In this document: positions 60,481-64,000 of the stretch, piece after piece
How the letters are laid out: each line of letters opens with the position of its first letter
Numbering within the stretch: position 1 is the first letter of the stretch
Assembly (NCBI GenBank): GCA_044226625.1
Contig: JBGAGQ010000020.1
Span: forward strand, 31,899 to 95,898
DNA from: Thermoanaerobaculia bacterium
GTDB taxonomy: Bacteria > Acidobacteriota > Thermoanaerobaculia > Multivoradales > UBA5704
Reading direction: 5' to 3'
Length of the DNA: 64,000 bases
Position numbers and translations under genes: made by a program
Notes under the pieces: model-generated
Databases searched by the model: none
The model's input: the letters and a program-made list of their open reading frames with translations, nothing else
What the model was told of the DNA's origin: nothing

Positions 60481-61410
60481 ATGACGATCGCCCCTCCCCC
60501 GACGACCTCCCACCCCACGGCCTTGCGCCTGCCTCGAGGACGCCGGCTGGATCTGTCGGGACGACCGAAGGTCATGGCGATCGTCAACCTCACCCCGGAT
60601 TCCTTCAGCGACGGCGGGCTCGTATTCGACCCGGCGGATCCCGATCGAGCGGTCGCGGCTTGCCTCGCGAAGCTCGCCGAGGGCGCCGATCTGCTGGACC
60701 TCGGCGCCGAGTCGACCCGGCCTGGCGGGGGTGTCTACGGCGCAGGCGCCCGCACCGTGTCCGCCGGCGAGGAGATCGACCGGCTCCTGCCCGTGCTCGA
60801 GAGACTCCGCGGAGAGACCAAGACCCCTTTGTCGGTGGACACCCGGAAAGGCGCCGTGGCGCGCGCGGCTCTCGCCGCCGGGGCGGATCTGATCAACGAC
60901 GTCTCGAGCTTGGCCGATTCCGACTTGGTCGCGGCCTTGGCCGAGCCCAGCGCCTCCGAATGCCCCTTGGTCTTGATGCACAGCCGCGGTGAGCTTTCGA
61001 CCATGCAGGTCGACATCCGATTCGAGGACGCCGTCGCCGAGGTGGCCGCCGAGCTGGACGAAGCGCTGATCCGCGCCGAGGCCTCGGGCATCGCGCGCGA
61101 CCGAACGATCGTCGATCCCGGCATCGGCTTCGGCAAGACCCGACGCAACAACCTCGAGCTGATCGGCCGGCTCGACGCCCTCGCCTCGCTGGGCCGACCG
61201 ATCCTCCTCGGCGCCAGCCGCAAGAGCTTTCTCGGGGACGCCGGAGCGCGCCCGGGATCCCCGGTGCCCCCCTCCGATCGTCTCGCCGGCAGCCTCGCCG
61301 CGGCGGGCTGGGGGGCTTTGCTCGGCGCTTCGATCCTCCGCGTGCACGACGTCGCCCAGACCGTCCGGTTCCTCGAGGCCTGGACCGCGATCGGCGAGGC
61401 ACGGGCATGA
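60481..61410 (+). CDS. folP: Dihydropteroate synthase
   Basis: VNLTPDSFSDGG, GAESTRPG, INDVS, DPGIGFGK, GASRKSF, RVHDV. Confidence 0.96.
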   Translation: MTIAPPPTTSHPTALRLPRGRRLDLSGRPKVMAIVNLTPDSFSDGGLVFDPADPDRAVAACLAKLAEGADLLDLGAESTRPGGGVYGAGARTVSAGEEIDRLLPVLERLRGETKTPLSVDTRKGAVARAALAAGADLINDVSSLADSDLVAALAEPSASECPLVLMHSRGELSTMQVDIRFEDAVAEVAAELDEALIRAEASGIARDRTIVDPGIGFGKTRRNNLELIGRLDALASLGRPILLGASRKSFLGDAGARPGSPVPPSDRLAGSLAAAGWGALLGASILRVHDVAQTVRFLEAWTAIGEARA

Positions 61411-62192
61411 ACTGGCCGCGGTTCTTCGAGCTGCTCACCTGGCGCGATCCGATCGACATCCTGGTCGTCGCGCTGGTGATCTACAACCTGCTGCTGCTGA
61501 TTCGCGGCACTCGCGCGGTGCAGATGCTGCTCGGCATCGTCTTCGTCGGCTTGGTCTATTACGCGGCGCGGCTCGCCGATCTGCCCACCGTGCAGACTCT
61601 GCTCGAGAGCCTCCTCTTGGTCTTGCCGTTCGCGGTGATCGTGCTGTTCCAACAGGAGATCCGGCGCGCGCTCGCCAACTTCGGACGCAATCCGCTCTGG
61701 GGTCTCGCGCGCCAGCAAAAATCGGCGTCCACCTTCAACGAAGTCGTGCTCGCCGCGACCACCCTGTCGTCGCGGCGGATCGGCGCGCTGATCGTTCTCG
61801 AACGGCTCCAGGGCCTCCGCAACTTCGTCGAGAACGGCGTACGCCTCGACGCCGAGCTTTCGTACGGCCTGTTGATCAACATCTTCACTCCCGACACCCC
61901 CCTTCACGACGGCGCGGTGATCGTCCAGGATGACCGCATCGCGGCGGCCGCCTGCTTCCTCCCGCTTTCGGCGAATCCGGAGCTCTCGCAGGAGTTCGGA
62001 ACGCGGCATCGCGCCGCGCTCGGCCTCACGGAGGAGACCGACGCTCTCGCGGTGGTGGTTTCGGAGGAGACCGGCGTGATCTCCGTGGTGATCGACGGCG
62101 AAATCGTCCGCAACCTGGACGGCAAGGGGCTGCGCAACACGTTGTTCAAGTACCTGATCACCGATCTCTATCCGCAGCCGGGGAACGCATGA
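61407..62192 (+). CDS. cdaA: Diadenylate cyclase CdaA (DacA)
   Basis: Three N-terminal TM helices, LHDGAV (DGA) and GTRHRAA (RHR) motifs, VVSEETG. Confidence 0.95.
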   Translation: MNWPRFFELLTWRDPIDILVVALVIYNLLLLIRGTRAVQMLLGIVFVGLVYYAARLADLPTVQTLLESLLLVLPFAVIVLFQQEIRRALANFGRNPLWGLARQQKSASTFNEVVLAATTLSSRRIGALIVLERLQGLRNFVENGVRLDAELSYGLLINIFTPDTPLHDGAVIVQDDRIAAAACFLPLSANPELSQEFGTRHRAALGLTEETDALAVVVSEETGVISVVIDGEIVRNLDGKGLRNTLFKYLITDLYPQPGNA

Positions 62193-62875
62193 GCGACCGG
62201 CGCAGGATCTGGGGCTTGCGCCTGCTGGCGCTCTTCATCGCGATCGGCATCTGGAGTCGGGTGTCGCTCGAAGAGCGGGAGGAAACCACCGAGAAGTTGG
62301 TGGAGGCCGGCGTCTCCTACAACCTGCCGCGCGGTTATTTAGTGATCGACCCGGTGCAGAGCGTCCTGGTACGGCTGCGCGGCAGCCGTAAGGCGATCCG
62401 CGGTCTGAACCCTTATATGGTCGACGTTCAGGTCGAGCTCTCGCCGACCGGTCCGGAGACCGTTACGGTCCAGCTGGGGGCCGACAACCTTCTCATGCCG
62501 GAGGATCTGGAGCTGGTCGCGATCGAACCGAACTCGATCCAGGTCGAGCTGGATCGCGAGGTGACCCAGCGGGTCACCGTCAAGGTCCGGCTCCAAGGCA
62601 AGGTAGCCGAGGGCACCCGAGCCGGCGAGGCCGAGGTGATCCCCGCTCAGGTCCTCGTCTCGGGTCCCGAGAAGCGGCTGGCACGGCTCACCGCGCTCCC
62701 GGCGCAGACGATCTCCCTCGAAGGGCGAACCGAGACCTTCGAGGAAGAAGCGAACGTGCTCTCCCCCGATCCGCTGATCCAGGTCGTCCAACCCTCGAAA
62801 GTCACGGTCCGCGTGCCCGTCGCTCCTGAGGAGAAACCCGACCGATCCAAGAGGTCGAAGAAAAAGAAACGATGA
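62189..62875 (+). CDS. cdaR: CdaR/YbbR-like regulator of CdaA
   Basis: N-terminal TM, YbbR-like repeats (V.VRLRG, V.VSGP), position between cdaA and glmM. Confidence 0.85.
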   Translation: MSDRRRIWGLRLLALFIAIGIWSRVSLEEREETTEKLVEAGVSYNLPRGYLVIDPVQSVLVRLRGSRKAIRGLNPYMVDVQVELSPTGPETVTVQLGADNLLMPEDLELVAIEPNSIQVELDREVTQRVTVKVRLQGKVAEGTRAGEAEVIPAQVLVSGPEKRLARLTALPAQTISLEGRTETFEEEANVLSPDPLIQVVQPSKVTVRVPVAPEEKPDRSKRSKKKKR

Positions 62876-63993
62876 GCTCTCCCGCCCGCCTGTTCGGAAC
62901 CGACGGAATCCGCGCACCGTTCGGCGTTCCGCCCCTCGACCGTCGAACGATTTCCGCGCTCGCCCTCGCCCTCGGAGCTAAGCTCCGCCGTGAAGCCGCA
63001 AAAGGAGACGCTCCTCCGTTCGTCGTCCTCGGAGGCGACACCCGCGCGAGCACGCCGGAGACCTGTTCTTGGATCGCCGCGGGTTTGGAAGCTCAAGGGA
63101 TCGAGACGCGGTTCGCCGGAGAGATCCCGACGCCCGGCGTCGCCTACCTCGCCCGGCGGCTCGGCGCGACCTGCGGCGTTGCGGTCTCTGCGAGCCACAA
63201 TCCGGTGCCGGACAACGGCGTCAAGCTGATCGATGGCGGCGGTTTCAAATGGCCGGAAGAAGCGGAAGCCGAGCTCGAACGACAGCTGCTCGCGCTGCGC
63301 GACGCGCCGACGTTCGAGCCGACGCCCTCGCGCGTCCTCCAGGTCGAAACCGGGCTCGCGGCGGACTATCTGCGGTCGCTCGAAGGCAGCGTTCCCTCCG
63401 GGGCGCCGTTTCGTGGGCTCAAGGTCTCGATCGATTGCGGCCACGGCGCCGCCTCGCGCTTCGCCGCGGAGCTGTTCTCGGACCTCGGCGCCGAGGTGAC
63501 CGTCCTCCATGCCGAGCCGAACGGAACGAACATCAACGCCGATGGCGGCTCGACCCATCCCCAGGCGGTGGCGGCCAAGGTTTTGGAGACGCGATCCGAC
63601 CTCGGGATCGCCTTCGACGGCGACGCCGACCGCTGCATCCTGGTCGACGAAAGAGGCGAGGTTCGAGACGGCGACGCCATCCTATACCTCTGGGCGCGAG
63701 ACCTGGCGGCACGATCGGAGCTGCCCCACGGCAAGGTGGTAGCTACCTCGATGAGCAACCTGGGGCTGGTGCGCGCCCTCGCCCGCGAGGGGATCCAAGT
63801 CGTGCGTTGCGACGTTGGAGACCGCGCGGTCGTCGCGACAATGAAAGAGGAGGGGATCGTGCTCGGTGGCGAGCAGTCGGGGCACATCGTCCTTCTCGGG
63901 CTCGCGAGCTCCGGGGACGGGATGTCGACCGCCGTTCAGATGGTAGCCATCGGCGCCCGCTCGGACAAGGCGATGTCGGAGCTGCTCTCCTGA
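62872..63993 (+). CDS. glmM: Phosphoglucosamine mutase, apparently truncated by TGA before domain IV
   Basis: LFGTDGIR, SASHNP, DGDADR, GGEQSGH. Only 373 aa versus about 450 typical. Confidence 0.88.
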   Translation: MSSPARLFGTDGIRAPFGVPPLDRRTISALALALGAKLRREAAKGDAPPFVVLGGDTRASTPETCSWIAAGLEAQGIETRFAGEIPTPGVAYLARRLGATCGVAVSASHNPVPDNGVKLIDGGGFKWPEEAEAELERQLLALRDAPTFEPTPSRVLQVETGLAADYLRSLEGSVPSGAPFRGLKVSIDCGHGAASRFAAELFSDLGAEVTVLHAEPNGTNINADGGSTHPQAVAAKVLETRSDLGIAFDGDADRCILVDERGEVRDGDAILYLWARDLAARSELPHGKVVATSMSNLGLVRALAREGIQVVRCDVGDRAVVATMKEEGIVLGGEQSGHIVLLGLASSGDGMSTAVQMVAIGARSDKAMSELLS

Positions 63994-64000
63994 TTCGGCT

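Noticed and set aside
63991-63993. TGA recoding (Gly/Trp/Sec) as an alternative genetic code
   Set aside because: TGA is the normal stop of many genes here, including ATGA/GTGA coupled overlaps, and no other in-frame TGA was seen in conserved genes.

Overview
High-GC bacterial chromosome segment, probably Acidobacteriota and possibly Thermoanaerobaculia. This is inferred from the tandem acidobacterial-type VWA proteins, YfhO and gene order. It is mostly core genome: yicC-gmk-rpoZ-coaBC-udg; nnr-tsaE; rsmA-ftsK-lgt-thiD-ypdA; a moxR/DUF58/batABCD operon; tRNA-Val/tRNA-Asp/rpmG; sodA; and tRNA-Met-tilS-ftsH-folP-cdaA-cdaR-glmM. No CRISPR array, rRNA, integrase or transposase was seen. Best candidates for under-described biology: (i) two paralogous NPxTP helical-repeat proteins flanking rodZ, in line with a J-domain/TPR co-chaperone and a PP2C phosphatase; (ii) a 686-aa long-form GreA; (iii) two ECF sigma modules with readable ECF promoters, one with an anti-sigma factor carrying an unusual C-terminal domain; (iv) an orphan flavin-dependent halogenase-like gene; (v) a possible cofactor damage-control cluster; (vi) an AT-richer ArsR islet with palindromes; (vii) REP/REPIN-like repeats, apparently leaderless genes, stop-loss tails and a premature stop in glmM. 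All calls are from motif recognition by eye, with no database searches. Many start codons were moved from the ORF track using RBS, overlap and family-length arguments.
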